DNA of 64,000 bases from Lingula anatina (taxonomy: Eukaryota > Animalia > Brachiopoda), in assembly GCA_051362555.1 (NCBI GenBank), contig CM120640.1, forward strand, positions 68,984,788-69,048,787, written 5' to 3'. The translations under genes were made by a program, and so were the position numbers. Positions 14,482 to 27,421 of this stretch are shown here, one piece after another. Positions within the stretch are counted from its first letter, which is position 1. Each line of letters opens with the position of its first letter. Below the pieces are notes generated by a model that searched no databases, was not told where the DNA came from, and was given only the letters and a program-made list of their open reading frames with translations.

Positions 14482-17400
14482 TTAGAAGCAAAAATTTGGT
14501 CTTCTTCAGTTAAATCAAGTACTCAATGTCTGACACAATTTCTTTATTGTTCTACATGTAGCACTGGCACAATATTTAGGGTATTACAGATTTATTTGGG
14601 GTCAAAGTAGACTAAAATTTGATCTTAAAGTTTAGACCAACTTCCAGCTAAAAGTTTAGACCAACTTCCAGTTGTTTTGTGTCACCAGTCCCTGATGGAT
14701 ATAAACGCTGGCTTTGCTGAGACAGGCACCTGCTCAGGTGACAGGAGGTGACAGGAAGACTGACAGGTTGTCACCACATTGTGTAGTTAAATCTCAATCA
14801 CCTGTTAAGGACACTTATATACATATGGTGTTTTTTTGTTTTGTTTTGTTTTTTTAATCAGGAAAGTTGTCTTCATATAATGTGGCAACATGTGCAATCT
14901 GCTATCAAAATTTATATCTTACAAAATTATTAGGCTACATTAAATATTGTACAATCTATTTCTATTTCTAATGAGAACTCTTTGATGGTAATAGCAAAAA
15001 TCCTTAAAGGGTTTGCTTCATGCCGTCAGAATGGCCTGAACGGAACATATTCTTCAGAAAACATGCCCAACTAACGATATCTTTATCCAAATACACAAAT
15101 TAAAAGCTCATTTTGTAAATTTTTGGCTTTAAAAAACGTCCTATTTGCTCGGCCTGGGAGTTAATGAGCTACGTGGTCACGTGGTCTAATGACGACAATC
15201 GAGCCACTGGAGAACAGAGTGTGCTTAGCTGTCAAACTGAGCTGCATTGTCTACCTGTAAGATGACTTCTCTGGCTTCTGATAAAAGTTCATACTCATTC
15301 AAATCTCTTACCGGAGGGGTCTAAATCCTCGTGAAGCTGTGTAAAACCATTTCCCGTCTAGTCATTTCTTTAACAAGCATTTCATTATGGTTATCCCAAG
15401 TTGTATAAAACACTGCATTTGAATGAGTTAAGGGAAATGTTGATTATTGCATATGAGGTCCATGTTATTTGTGAAATTCAATTTATTTTATTAAACCGCT
15501 GACACTCCGTCTTGCATACTTTTATTAAACTGAGGTAAACAATGCCCGTTACCTTTACAAGTCCTATCTTAATCATCCATCTACCTGGAACTTCCTTTAC
15601 CTCTTAATTAGAGGGTTAAATGGCATTCAATTTGTCTTGCTTGTATCGAACGCACTCTCTATCTAAGCTTTACTCCAGTTATCTCAGGTAAAAATCTACC
15701 TGTGCGTTAGTTACAAAGCGCAGCTCCCGTAGACCTGGGGGTACTAGATAAAATCTGAACACCAGGTTTATCGAGGAGCTGGAGAAAGAAAGGAAGAATT
15801 TTTCCTGCACAACTTCATAGGAATGTTAACACGGACTTGATCCAGCTTAGACCTCCAAACTAACAGGGTGACATGGGCAATTTTCACAAACAAATCATAA
15901 AACTATATTTCAGTTAACCGCCTTTAAAATAAATATACCGTTCTGGGTAAATTAAAATAGTTATTAAATCGCAAGAATATTTTTGACTTAAATAATGATT
16001 TTATTATTAATGGAAATTAAGCTACTATATGAGGTACATTTGCTGTGATTACGCTGTCCTTCATGTTTTGCGTAAGTCTACATTTTGCTGTATGTGCTTG
16101 TAATCTTTTTAAATATGTGCGTACAATTTTTGCAGGTCTGGTTACCCCCCTGTTATGTGATGAGAGTATTAATTTGGCAATTAGTTCCTTAGCTTATTTG
16201 AATAGAATTGCAGTGTAAAATTTTCAACAAGATGTTGGCGAAATAGCCCATTACTCTTTGTAGGTATTTCCCCCGTCAAAGTTTGTCTAAAATTATCTTT
16301 CAATCTTTACTCTTTCAAAGACAGTATAAAGTTACCTGACATATTTTCGTGTAAACTTAATGACAAGCCAAGTGTCTCCAGTTCATTCCGTACTCAATTT
16401 TACCCAAGCAAATTTTTTTCTTGAGTAGATCTTTATAGCACGTTGTTATAAGCTTACAAATTTGCAAAAAAAAATTGCGTACTGACGCAGAATTTGCGTT
16501 TCAAGTTATAAAATAATCAATCTTTTAAATTCTTTAATATTTCAGATGAAATAATCTTCAGAAACAAATCCTCAAAGCATAAATGAATTAGGATAACGAA
16601 CCATTTTATTATAGCAGTTCCCATTTTTTCTTTAATATGTTTTTCCTCAACACGTTTTCTTCCACGGAAGCTTCAAGATACCCTGAGAGCAATTTCTTTT
16701 ATTAATGTTCGCGACCGTGTTTGAACTTAATTGTTTAAGTATTGATATTTAACGTCATTTACAAATACCAATAAAATAACCCCATGAAATAAATGAGATA
16801 TATTGAAAAATATGAAAGCCCACCAAGACGAGTTTCATACCTGTTATTACCTGGCTTGGGAATTGCAGCGGTGCATAATTAACAGGTTTGTTGTAAACGA
16901 GCTTTTGGTCAACTACAATGCATTTAAAATGCATCAGCAATCAGTAAGTTTGCCAACTGTTGACAGTTAATCTGAAAGACTACCAGCTCTTGATATGATC
17001 TAAACCACCTGAGGTGACCATGATCTAGAGCATCGCAACTATTGTCACCGAAGTTAGTAAGTAAGTCATGGAAGACCGTCACAGACAAAGAAAGATTGTC
17101 AACGAGAGCTGCAATTTTGGTGAATCCCACGGCAACACACCGAGGCATAACGAAAATTCCTCAACTCCGTTCAACACAACTTTCCTTAACTTCTCCGTCT
17201 GTATGCACCTGCAGCTCAGTTGAGTCTCATAGACCTTTATCGTGATTGTCGTCACAGTACCACGTGACCCAGATCTGTTGCTTCATTTTTGCATATTGAG
17301 GTGAGGTTTACTAAAACGCTTTTTTTCTACTAATAGATTGTTTTTATAATTTTTAAATGGCGGGGATCGATTAAAACATACCTCTAGTGTATAGATTGAG

Positions 17401-20400
17401 TGCTGTATCTTCAAAATTCGAGAAATGGATTTTTACATGAACATTGTCCTTTAAAATCCTTCCAAAAAAAACCTTACATCTATTACATACCAATTGGTTT
17501 TTCCTTTTTCCAGCATGGCTTCATCTTCATTTTCAGGCTTCTTTTTTCCTTATGAGAGCACAGGGAATGTTTGGTAACAAAAATAGACTTGTTTGTATTT
17601 CCATATATTTGCACCACTCTCTAACCTGAAAAACAAGGAAGTGTCTCACTTTAAGGTCTTCATTTGGATAAAACATCAAATACTTCCTGCTATCATTTAA
17701 ACTGCAGGTAACACAAAGCATGGCTGAGCATATTTTCATATATATATATATATATATATATCCATTATTTACACTTGTTTGATCATAGAAAAGGTGACGA
17801 GACAGCTTTACAGCCAAATGCTTCTGATCCAGTTATCAGACTAAACCTATAACACCTTAGTCTATACACTTAAAATGGAAAAAAAATGCACTCAAAAAAA
17901 TAATAATAAATATCTCCTTATAAAATTAGGTACACATTATAACAGAAAAAGTCTTTTTTGTATATATTCTACTCTATGTCATGTTATGTGAAAGTAATGG
18001 AAAAAGAAAACAGAACCTTCTATATGCAAAAAATAATAATAATAATAAAATATATATATTGATCAGATGATGAAAATGAAATAAATGAACAAATAAACAA
18101 ATAATGTTATGCCAATATATAATATCACCATGTTTTTCAAGTGGGCAAGGTATTTTATTGGTTGGGACAAAATAACTAATAAAAGTGGTTGTTAAAGTGG
18201 ACGTTAATTAAAATCATAACCATGGGACTGACCAACCAAGAGGTACTCTTACACTGACTGTGGCAACTCTATTAAGTGGTTTCCTGTCAAACAACACTAA
18301 CTCCATTACCAAGCAGGAACACAAATATAAACAAGGCCACTGCAAACTTATTTAATGAGTTCTCTCAATTAGAATGCCTGCTATTCTAATCACAGGTTTC
18401 TTTTTTAGGAACATAACTTTTTCTTTCCTTTTTTTCTTTTTACCAAAACTTTGATAAATCAATAAATCAAACATTCATTGTGATTCCACTATGTGTGTTG
18501 TATTGATTAAGAAGGTTCTGTTATTTTCTGTACCACACTGTAAATATTATATTATATAGCTAGTACATAGTAACTGTGGCTTATTATGAGTCTTTAATTT
18601 CACCTACCCATCAATCACAAGCTCCTCTCTTCACCCCAGCTAAAGTGCTATCACTTGCTACATCCATCACTAGTTCAATGTTCACCCTGCTATCTAACCC
18701 CCATACAATGCTCTATATAATTTATCATTTACAACTGAAGAAGGATTCTAAATATAAAGTATAACGATGCACTGTATGCATCAACATTTTGTTTGTTTAT
18801 ACAACATACAATGCCCCAGCTCACTGATAGTGTCATTCAGTTGTCAGTGGAGATAACAAAACAGTACTGTTGCACAGATGAATATAATTAAAAACTCTGT
18901 AATCAAACAAAGTCTATGTATTATCCACTGGTTACAGTATAAATATGTTTATGGTTTAATCAATAGTAAAGAAAGGCCCTCATCTACAGTGCAAACCACT
19001 CAAAGTGTATAGTAGCAACTGCTTCCAAAGAAAAGCAGCTTGGCAACAACCAAGGTTATATCTTCAATGTCCCATGATTGATTTTATATACATATATTTT
19101 GAAACATAATTAATTACTGGTTAATACTTACAGTTACAGTACATAAATGCTTAAGGAATTTATTCATTTATTGTGTAACTTTTTGCACCTTGTGCTGATT
19201 AAGACGTTCATACAGTGCAATCAGTAAGACAGGACACTTATTCAAAAAAAAAAAGTGTTAACAGTACAAATATAGATGACAATGGCAAACTGTTAATAAC
19301 ACTTTGCAGTAATTTATAAGTGGTAATGGATGCAATGCAGCAGTCCTCTGAACTTCTGTATATGTTACCCATAAATACTGAGGTACAGTAACTGTTTGAA
19401 TTCACTCTGTTTTCCCTGCTCACAAAAAATAATTTTTAACTTTTGTACATATGTTAAATGGGGTTATTCATTGAGTAATAGAAAAAATGCATTCCATTAT
19501 ATACATTGCAAATAACTTAGATGCCACATAAAGAACTTACCACAAAGAATTTGTTAAAAATAATAAAGGCATACCTAAACATAAATAAATTCAATCAGAA
19601 CCAAAAAATTCAGCACACCAAGTATAATGCAACCCTGATTAACTAAACTACTCAATAATTAAATGCTACCATTAGTATGATATGATATTACATGTTATTA
19701 GTATGTACATTGTCTATTTGAAAATCTCACATTTATTATCAAAAAGACTCACCAATCTCTAGTTGCCGGAGGGCAACCAAGTAGGCACTTCAGCTACTAT
19801 TTCCTTCTCTACCCAAGTCAGCATATGTATCAGCTAACAAAACTGCAATGTATCTGAAAGCAGGGTAAGAACGTTCATTGATCCAGAATATACAGACTTT
19901 AATTTAACAAGTCTATAGCTGTATATAAGCCCTTTGTTGGAGTGTGACAGGTGCCTGTCATTTCTGGAGTATATAGAGAAAACTAGCATGTACCATAATT
20001 TTTCTCCACATCACAAGCTCTCCTGTATTACTTTTTCCATCCAGGATATTGAACATGTCATTTGATTTATGAGGAAGGGATATAATGAAGCAAATCACTG
20101 AACAGTCAGTGCGGCTCGCTTTGAGTTCTGACGTCTAATTACTGCTTCTGTCAAAAGATGCTACAAAAGTTCATGGACAATAAAAACAATGCCAACCCAT
20201 CACGACAATCAGTGCATCTGCCCTTTTTTCAAAGCAGTGAAGCAAATCACAATTATGTCACATAACCAGAACCGCACTGTTTTTTTAACAATACCCAGGT
20301 GTATGAAATAACATCAGTCAGGTGAAATAAGGACACTCCTATCTCTCTTTCTTTTTTCTACTAATGAAAAGATCACTACTAAATGACAATACATCATTGA

Positions 20401-21805
20401 TTTTGCATTCAAAAGCAACTTTACAAATGCGGGTTTGAAAATTATATAAAGGTTTTGATATCAGACAGAAAGCCAGCTTTAATATTTCTATCCACTCATC
20501 AGCTATAAAAACAGAGCATACTTATGCTTACAGGTTTTTAGATGAGTGACATTAAATTGATGAATCTAGTGTCCTCAGCTAGGTACAAATGAAATTCAAA
20601 TTATGACTGAGATTTTCAACAGTGGCCACGGCACACTGCTCTTTGGCAAGAACAAATGAACAAGATCAATATTCTTTGTGTAGCACTGAATCCACATGAC
20701 ACATCGCGGATGTGGAACCTTTTGGCTAAATCTGACTTGTTATCATTGATGTTTACAGTACAACCATGCTTCATTTCACTACAATTAACTGAAAGCTTAA
20801 GATAATATTGAAATAACCACCATGTTATCTACATTGTTTTCCTTAGCAGATATGCAAAATTTGGATTTTTGGTGAAGTTTTCTCTAATGAGGCCTTCATT
20901 AAGATGAGATGCATAGAAACAAAAGACAGGGATTAAATGATATTTTAATTATGCTTATTTGATGTTTTTACTCTATAATGCAATGCACCAACTTCACTTC
21001 ATATGCTCATTACTTTTAAGACTCTCTCCAACTGCAGATTATTTTATTTCAGTCACCAATATTTATAGACTACCTAAATGAGATCATTAGAAGCCTACTA
21101 CAAGTATGATCTTTAACATCAACCTACTGATACAGATCTTGATTTTTTCAACACGGTTTCTATAAGTTTTAAAGATAAAATTACATATTTTGATAAAGAA
21201 ATTTAATTTGTCCATTTGCTGATCATATATGAGAGCATAATGCTTTTTAAATAAACATTTAAGCAACTGGGAATTATAAAAACACATAAATATAAAACTT
21301 AAATAACTACAATAAAATTTTCTTGCTTTGAAAATATATCCCTTGGTTGGTCGTAAAGATTGCTTTGGATGGGCCTAAGATCTAATAAACGTATATTAGA
21401 TCTTAGGATGGGCAAAAGCATTTGGGAAGAAGGAATGGGGGGCGGGTGCTAAGAGTTTTGACTTCCCATTTTAAGCTTAGATTTGGACTCTGTGTATCAT
21501 TTACAGATCTAAATTTCATAAAAATTATTCCAAGATTTGAAAGAAACAGATCATTTTGGTCAATGTAAGTCATAAATAATTCTTCAAACAAACACGTCCC
21601 GTTTCTTTCTATCGCCGGTGCTTCAGCCGCACTCAGAAAGTTATCCTGGAAGCTCGTTTTCAAGATATTCAATGTGAAACAAACACGGTAAAATATCTCT
21701 ACAGACAATCTATGCCCAAAATTACCGAAAAAAATATAGCATCCTTAGTTAAACATTATATCACCACAGAAAACATCTCGACAAACTTAACCCTTAGAAA
21801 CGAAC

Positions 21806-21830
21806 CTGCTTCTATCCTGTCAGTCGCCAT
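21806..21830 (-). CDS. ATP8B: Probable distal first coding exon of ATP8B (MATDRIEA)
   Basis: caagATGGCG start context and CAG|gttcgt donor in phase 1, matching the phase-1 acceptor of exon 8082-8024. It lies in a CpG-richer, promoter-like stretch just downstream of the CFAP53 3' end. Confidence 0.6.
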
Positions 21831-22043
21831 CTTGCAAGTCATTATCAACAGGTCAAAGGTTATTGTCCGAAAAGAGAATCGTTCGGACCGCGGTTCACCA
21901 AATGCAATGGGCGTCGAAATCGCACTTAAAAGGCATTTACAATTTGTTTAGACTCTATCATATATTTTATTTTCTTCTCAGTCCTTTATTGCTAAATGCG
22001 AACATATTTAATTTTATTGTGTTATCCTTAATGTTGTTTTTAA

Positions 22044-22217
22044 GGGGCCGTAGCGATAGTCCGAAGGTTCAATAGTCCGAAGGTTCATTGGTCCGAATGT
22101 TCACTATAGAACCTTCGGACCAATGAACCCTTGATTAAAAAGTCGATGAAAACGTTACCACTTTTCGGACCAATGAACCTTCGGACCAATGAACCTTCGG
22201 ACTATCGTGACGCCCCC
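22044..22217. mobile_element. Foldback/MULE-like miniature element with subterminal 16-bp repeats
   Basis: GGGG..CCCC termini; inverted arrays of gtccgaaggttcattg / caatgaaccttcggac; direct repeat GTTTTTAA at 22036-22043 and 22218-22225. Confidence 0.75.
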
Positions 22218-23156
22218 GTTTTTAAAGGACTGCTCTTAAACTCATGACAGGATTGTTCCATGTGGGGCATTGCAGATTATATCATTTATGGTCTGATATT
22301 TTGCGAAGGGAATATCCTGCAAATGCCTACAGCTCAAACATTAAGGTATTACTCAATTTACCCATCAAAACTGGAATTTTTCTAAGAGGGCCATTTTTAA
22401 AAAGATGACATGCTTCTTTAAAGCTATTTTTCATCATATCTTTCATTAATATACAATGTATATACCATCTGAATCAATTAAGAACTTAATGTACTTGTAC
22501 TGCACTTATTTTAACTTCACCTTTCCCATTCATTGCAAAAATTCTTCATTGCTAAGATTGTTACGTTTTTGAGTTAACAGAAGATAAAATAAAAAGGACG
22601 TGCATAGTTTTCAAGCACAATTAGTATGAGCTTGCACACGTATTTTGCTGCCCAAAGAAAAGATTATAATACAGTTCTCAAAACCTCATTTTATTATTGC
22701 ATATTTATGCCATATGTGATTATACAAATATTCAAATTATTAGTGACAAATATTCAAATTATAAGATTATATTTACATTATTGGAAAATTTGAGGACCCA
22801 ACAAAAATAGAATTGAGCCCAAGAAAGATAAATACTGCAACACATGTACAAAATTATACTTAACATAGTGTAGTCAATATACATTTTGGTTTCATTAATT
22901 TTATAAGTAAAAATATATTCACCTCACAAAATACTTTTTACCTGATAAAAGCCAATTGCAGACTGGTCATTATACAACATCTTCAGCAATATCATTACAT
23001 AGGGTGCCTATTGCTGTCATACAACTAATACTTATTCAATTTTAATGAAACAATCTTACCCATAGAGTCATATTTTTTTCATTCCAAAAATTCCATAAAT
23101 GTTATCTAAGGAAGATCTCAAGTTGATTAACTTGTACAGATTAGAAATTCCATGTT

Positions 23157-26100
23157 TTAACCAAGATTTTGTGTGATAATTGTCTTTTTCCTCATGGGAT
23201 GAACTTTATCAACATATGGTCTGTCCAACTCTTCCTTTAATTTATGTCTATATGCCATTTCTGCCTCTAATTGCTTTTCATATTCCCTTTGAGCTTCTAA
23301 ACTTTCTATATGTTTCTGGCGTTGTGTATAGTTCATCTGTCCTTCAAGATCTGACTGATACTGTAGATTCTTCTGACGCTGTCTTTCTTGCTGTTCCAGT
23401 TCAATTTGTTTGTTCTCCTCAATCGCTCTCAGAATCTCTTCCCGCTCAACAAGAGCTTCTCGCTGCTTCTTTTCATTTATGGACACTGAAATAAGAAAAT
23501 TTTAATTTTCCAAATTAATCAGAATGCAAATGTATTGTACTTAATGAAAACAAAAATTGGTAGGTCATATTTAAAAAATTGATATAAATAATATTACTTT
23601 ATCTTATTCTTATAAAGGAAAACAGAAATGCATTTGATAAAGTATGCATGTGTTTTTTACTCACGTTTTTCATTAATCTGCTGCCTCCTAACAGCAAGAA
23701 CTTCCTCTAGCAGCTTCTTTCTAGCCTCCTTCTCAAGACGCCACTGAGCCAGTCGTTTCTGCCACATTCTTTCAACATCCTCATCGATTAACCGTTCCAT
23801 TTCACTCTCCCTGATCTTCTCTTCCTCCAACATCTGTTTCAGGTATTCACGGTATCGCCTATCCTCCTCCCTCAGCTCTTTCTGTAATGGGAAAATAGCA
23901 CTAAATAAACAAACTGTTTCAACACTTTCATTCAGTTGTCAGTCTTGGCTTACCAAAAAGGATACACATTTTATTTCATTTTGATAGCTGAAAGTTAACA
24001 TTTTATACACTTGTCTAGCTTTTTTACTTTAAAAGTGAAACATACCTTTCTCTGTTCCTGCTCCATTGCTTCATTGCGAGATTCCTCTAACAACTGTTCC
24101 AGAATCTTCATGTCAAATGCCAGCTCCTCTTGGATTTCCTTGGCCTTCCTCTTCATCTTCATCCTCACAGACCTGTCATAGATTTCTCTAGTTTCCTGCT
24201 GCTGACGACGTTTTTCTTCAAGGGCCTGTTGTTCTTCAAGTTTACGCAGCTGGTTTTGTTGTGCCTGAAACGTGACAAAAAATAAGTCAAACTTTTCCAC
24301 TGGTTTACTTATGCCTGCAGACATGATGAATTGAGCTTACCTGCTTGTACATACAAAATTTTGGACATCATGGAATCTATATAAAAATGACACTTTAAAC
24401 ACATAAAATTTGTTTTCCTTCTGCTTGATTTTCTTAGTCAATACAAAAAAAAAATAATAATTAAGTAAATGCACTCACCAATAACCTTGCTTCTTCTTCC
24501 CTTAGTCTTATAGCTTCTTCCTTCTGAGCTTCCAGCGCAGCTCTCTGCAACTGAATAACTCCAAGCACCTCACGATTACGAGCATGCTGTGCTTGAGCCT
24601 CGCGCTCTTCTCTCTCCATCTTAGACAGCATATCCTTATGCCACAAGTCAGCATACATGGCCTCTTCTTGCTTCTTTTCTTCTTCTATTCTTTCTTTGAT
24701 TCGAAGCTGCTCTAGTCTTTCAGTGCACACCTCATCCTGGTGTCGCTTACTCAATGTGGAACGCAATTCCTCACATTCATTTCTGAAACAACAACATCAG
24801 ATACATGTATTCACAAGGCACTGAATGAAACAAAAGTATAAGGACATATTGGATTTAGATAAAAGGTGAGTGGGTGAACAGTTAGGTTTTTCTTTTTTTT
24901 TTCTTTTTTTCTTTTTCATAATATAGGTGAATATTTTGACTACTTCTTCTCAAATGGATATATCTAACAAAGGCAAGTATTAAATCTTTTAGGTGATTTA
25001 GCAACATTGGTGCATACCTAAACTTCTGGTCTAGTTTTTCCTTGACAATTTGCATCCTCTCTTGTTCCCTTTTCTCTCTGAGGTCCTTGGCTCTGCCCCT
25101 CATTTTAGCCTGTCTTTCTAACACAGTTTCCTCTTTTTCTTCCATTTCCTTCAGATACTGTTGTTCCTCCTCCATTAGAAGATCTCTTAGTCTGAACAAT
25201 ATTAAAGCATATTTCTTAAACATTTGTTAAGATATGACAAGCAACAGTATGGTAGAACTATAAGAAAATTTCTGTATGTAAAATATTAAATCAGTGTTTT
25301 GCTTAAATAATATTAACTTATCAATGTGAATTGAGCTTGCATATAGGCAGCAAGGATTAATGGTGTTTTGCAATCACTAGTGTGTAATTTTATAATGACA
25401 TATATACTCATACATGTTTCTTCTCGTTTTAAAAATGTACAATTATCTTGACAACATGTAACTTACTTTTCTCTTCTGTCTTCAATGCCAAACTGTTCTG
25501 CCTGCATCAAACCTGCCACTTTCCTCTTCACTGTATTGATCTGTATTCGTCTGTCTGTCCATCTCTCCCAATCATTTTTCAAATCACAAAATTCATTATA
25601 CTTTGTCTGATGTAAAGCTTCTTCTCTCATTTCTTCTTTCTTTCTTCTTTCTAAGATGAGATGCTCAGGAGGTCTTTTATTGGTAGGGCGAGCAACCTGC
25701 AGAAGTGAAAATAGATTGTATCATTTGAATTCTATCTAGGATATATTCAATTAAAAGAACACTGTTGATAATGGATAAATAATTTAACTAAAACAAGCTT
25801 CAAATTCCACTTATACATGAAGTAGTTTCAAATTTACCAATCTAAATAAATGAAGATCCTTTCAAAAGAGATGTCGGATGTACATTTGGGCAAAAAAGTC
25901 GGAAAATTTTTGTAACAGCAAACTGATACTTTTATCAATAATATTCACTGGATCATTTATTAAAACAAATATAGGGAAAAGCTATCTTGTCTTTAAAAAC
26001 TAAATAAAACAAGCAAAATTTGCCAAGCATTACTTCATTGACCTACACATGGCCTACCAGTACTCTCAACCTTTAGATTCAACAACAGACATAACTTTTG

Positions 26101-26714
26101 CAAAAAAGAGATTTCTTTCAGCCCTACAAATTCCTAAAGTATTAAGGGCTTATTTGATGCCTTAAGCATCCTTTTCAATGAGTATCTTAAACTGATATAC
26201 TCTGATACAAGGTATATATTTGAGTAAGGATCAAAGACATGTTTCATATATACTAGTATTTTCAAGGGGGGAGACAACTAAAGAGAGTGATTGTATCAAC
26301 ATTTACTCATATAACTGACATTTTTCCACTGGTAATGATGTTGTTACATAAATCTTAAGAAAATTATTGCTCCACATATTATAAAATTTATTGTCGCACT
26401 TAAAATATGAGGTTGAAGTTAAACAAAGATTATTTTAGAATGGTTTCATTAAATGTTTAAATGTGCTTCTGTACTTTTCTGTACCAACTACGTTCTGTGA
26501 CAACTAAGTACAGCTCATTTCAATCATAAGCCAAGAATGATATTCATTGCCAGTGGTAGTTTAATTTTAGCAGTTTAAGTGGTGTAATTTGCTAAGTAAA
26601 AAGTATAACACCCTCAATGGGAACAAATTAAGCAAAAATACTTACGATAGCGACTGAATGTGGTGAAGGGCCAGTGTGCTCCCTACACCGCCGCTGCCTC
26701 TGTGTTGCCATCAT
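23157..26714 (-). CDS. CFAP53: Cilia- and flagella-associated protein 53 (CCDC11), trichoplein-type coiled coil
   Basis: Seven phase-consistent exons: 26714-26646, 25696-25467, 25191-25018, 24782-24479, 24264-24046, 23881-23665, 23485-23157. Recognisable motifs: N-terminal REHTGPSPHSV, LRDLL..EE..Y..EM..KEET, EKLDQKFRNECEELR, EEEARL, and C-terminal HPMRK. Confidence 0.93.
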
Positions 26715-27150
26715 CTTGGCAAGATGAAAACGTTCCGCTTTTTACCTTAAAATTCTTAAATCAACCACAGTGCTAAAACCTTGCAGACATCAATGTTGTT
26801 CCACCATTCTCTGACGTCACGTATCCAAGGTGCGCAACAACATATCAATGCAGTAGAAAATTAAGATTGGATTTTATATAGCGTTTCTGTTGTCATTTTT
26901 ATTAACATTTTCCTTTTTGTTTTAATATTACATGTTGTACTACAGTATAAAAGGGATTATTAAGGTAAATTCAAAATTAATCTCATTCAATTTGTAAATT
27001 GTACACCAATAAATTCGACTAACCTCACGTACATTCGTTCTCATTTTTACACGTACCGCAAAAGTCTCGTCAAATCTCGTCATATACGAAGGCGGTGATT
27101 TGAAACTTGAAACTAAGAGAATAAATGCTGACAAAAATAATTAAGGGTGC
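26715..27150. promoter_or_regulatory. Bidirectional promoter region shared by CFAP53 and SKA1
   Basis: Divergent start codons are 708 bp apart. CRE TGACGTCA at 26812-26819; GGCGG..TTTGAA (CDE/CHR-like) at 27091-27104 and CTTGAA at 27106-27111; probable SKA1 5'UTR intron ending at the ttttttag acceptor at 27418. Confidence 0.6.
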
Positions 27151-27421
27151 GTATTGTAGTAGGTACATCTATCAGTGAGATTGGAAACTTTCTCACATAT
27201 TGTCTCTCAGCAGAATAACTAAGATTTATTTTTAAACATTTAACTACCGGTATCTACTATATGTATCTATCCGAGTAGTACATATATGATTTTTTACTGT
27301 GACACTAAAACAAGAATGATTCATTATTTAAAGCAGGTCACATCATTTTTATGCCACTTTTTACCTTCTGTGTTCAAAAATGGCCTTATACTTATGTAAT
27401 TTTATATCATTTTTTTAGAAC

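Noticed and set aside
15004-15930. TTAAAGGG Kolobok-like left end with a ggtcacgtggtcta motif also seen near 38400
   Set aside because: No convincing matching right TIR found.
16841-16934. Another ATG-to-phase-1-donor segment (MHFKCIVV..) in a CpG-richer region with CACGTGAC at 17261
   Set aside because: A competing phase-0 donor (CAG|gtaata) lies 10 nt earlier in the transcript. It could be a non-coding exon or chance, so I did not call it.
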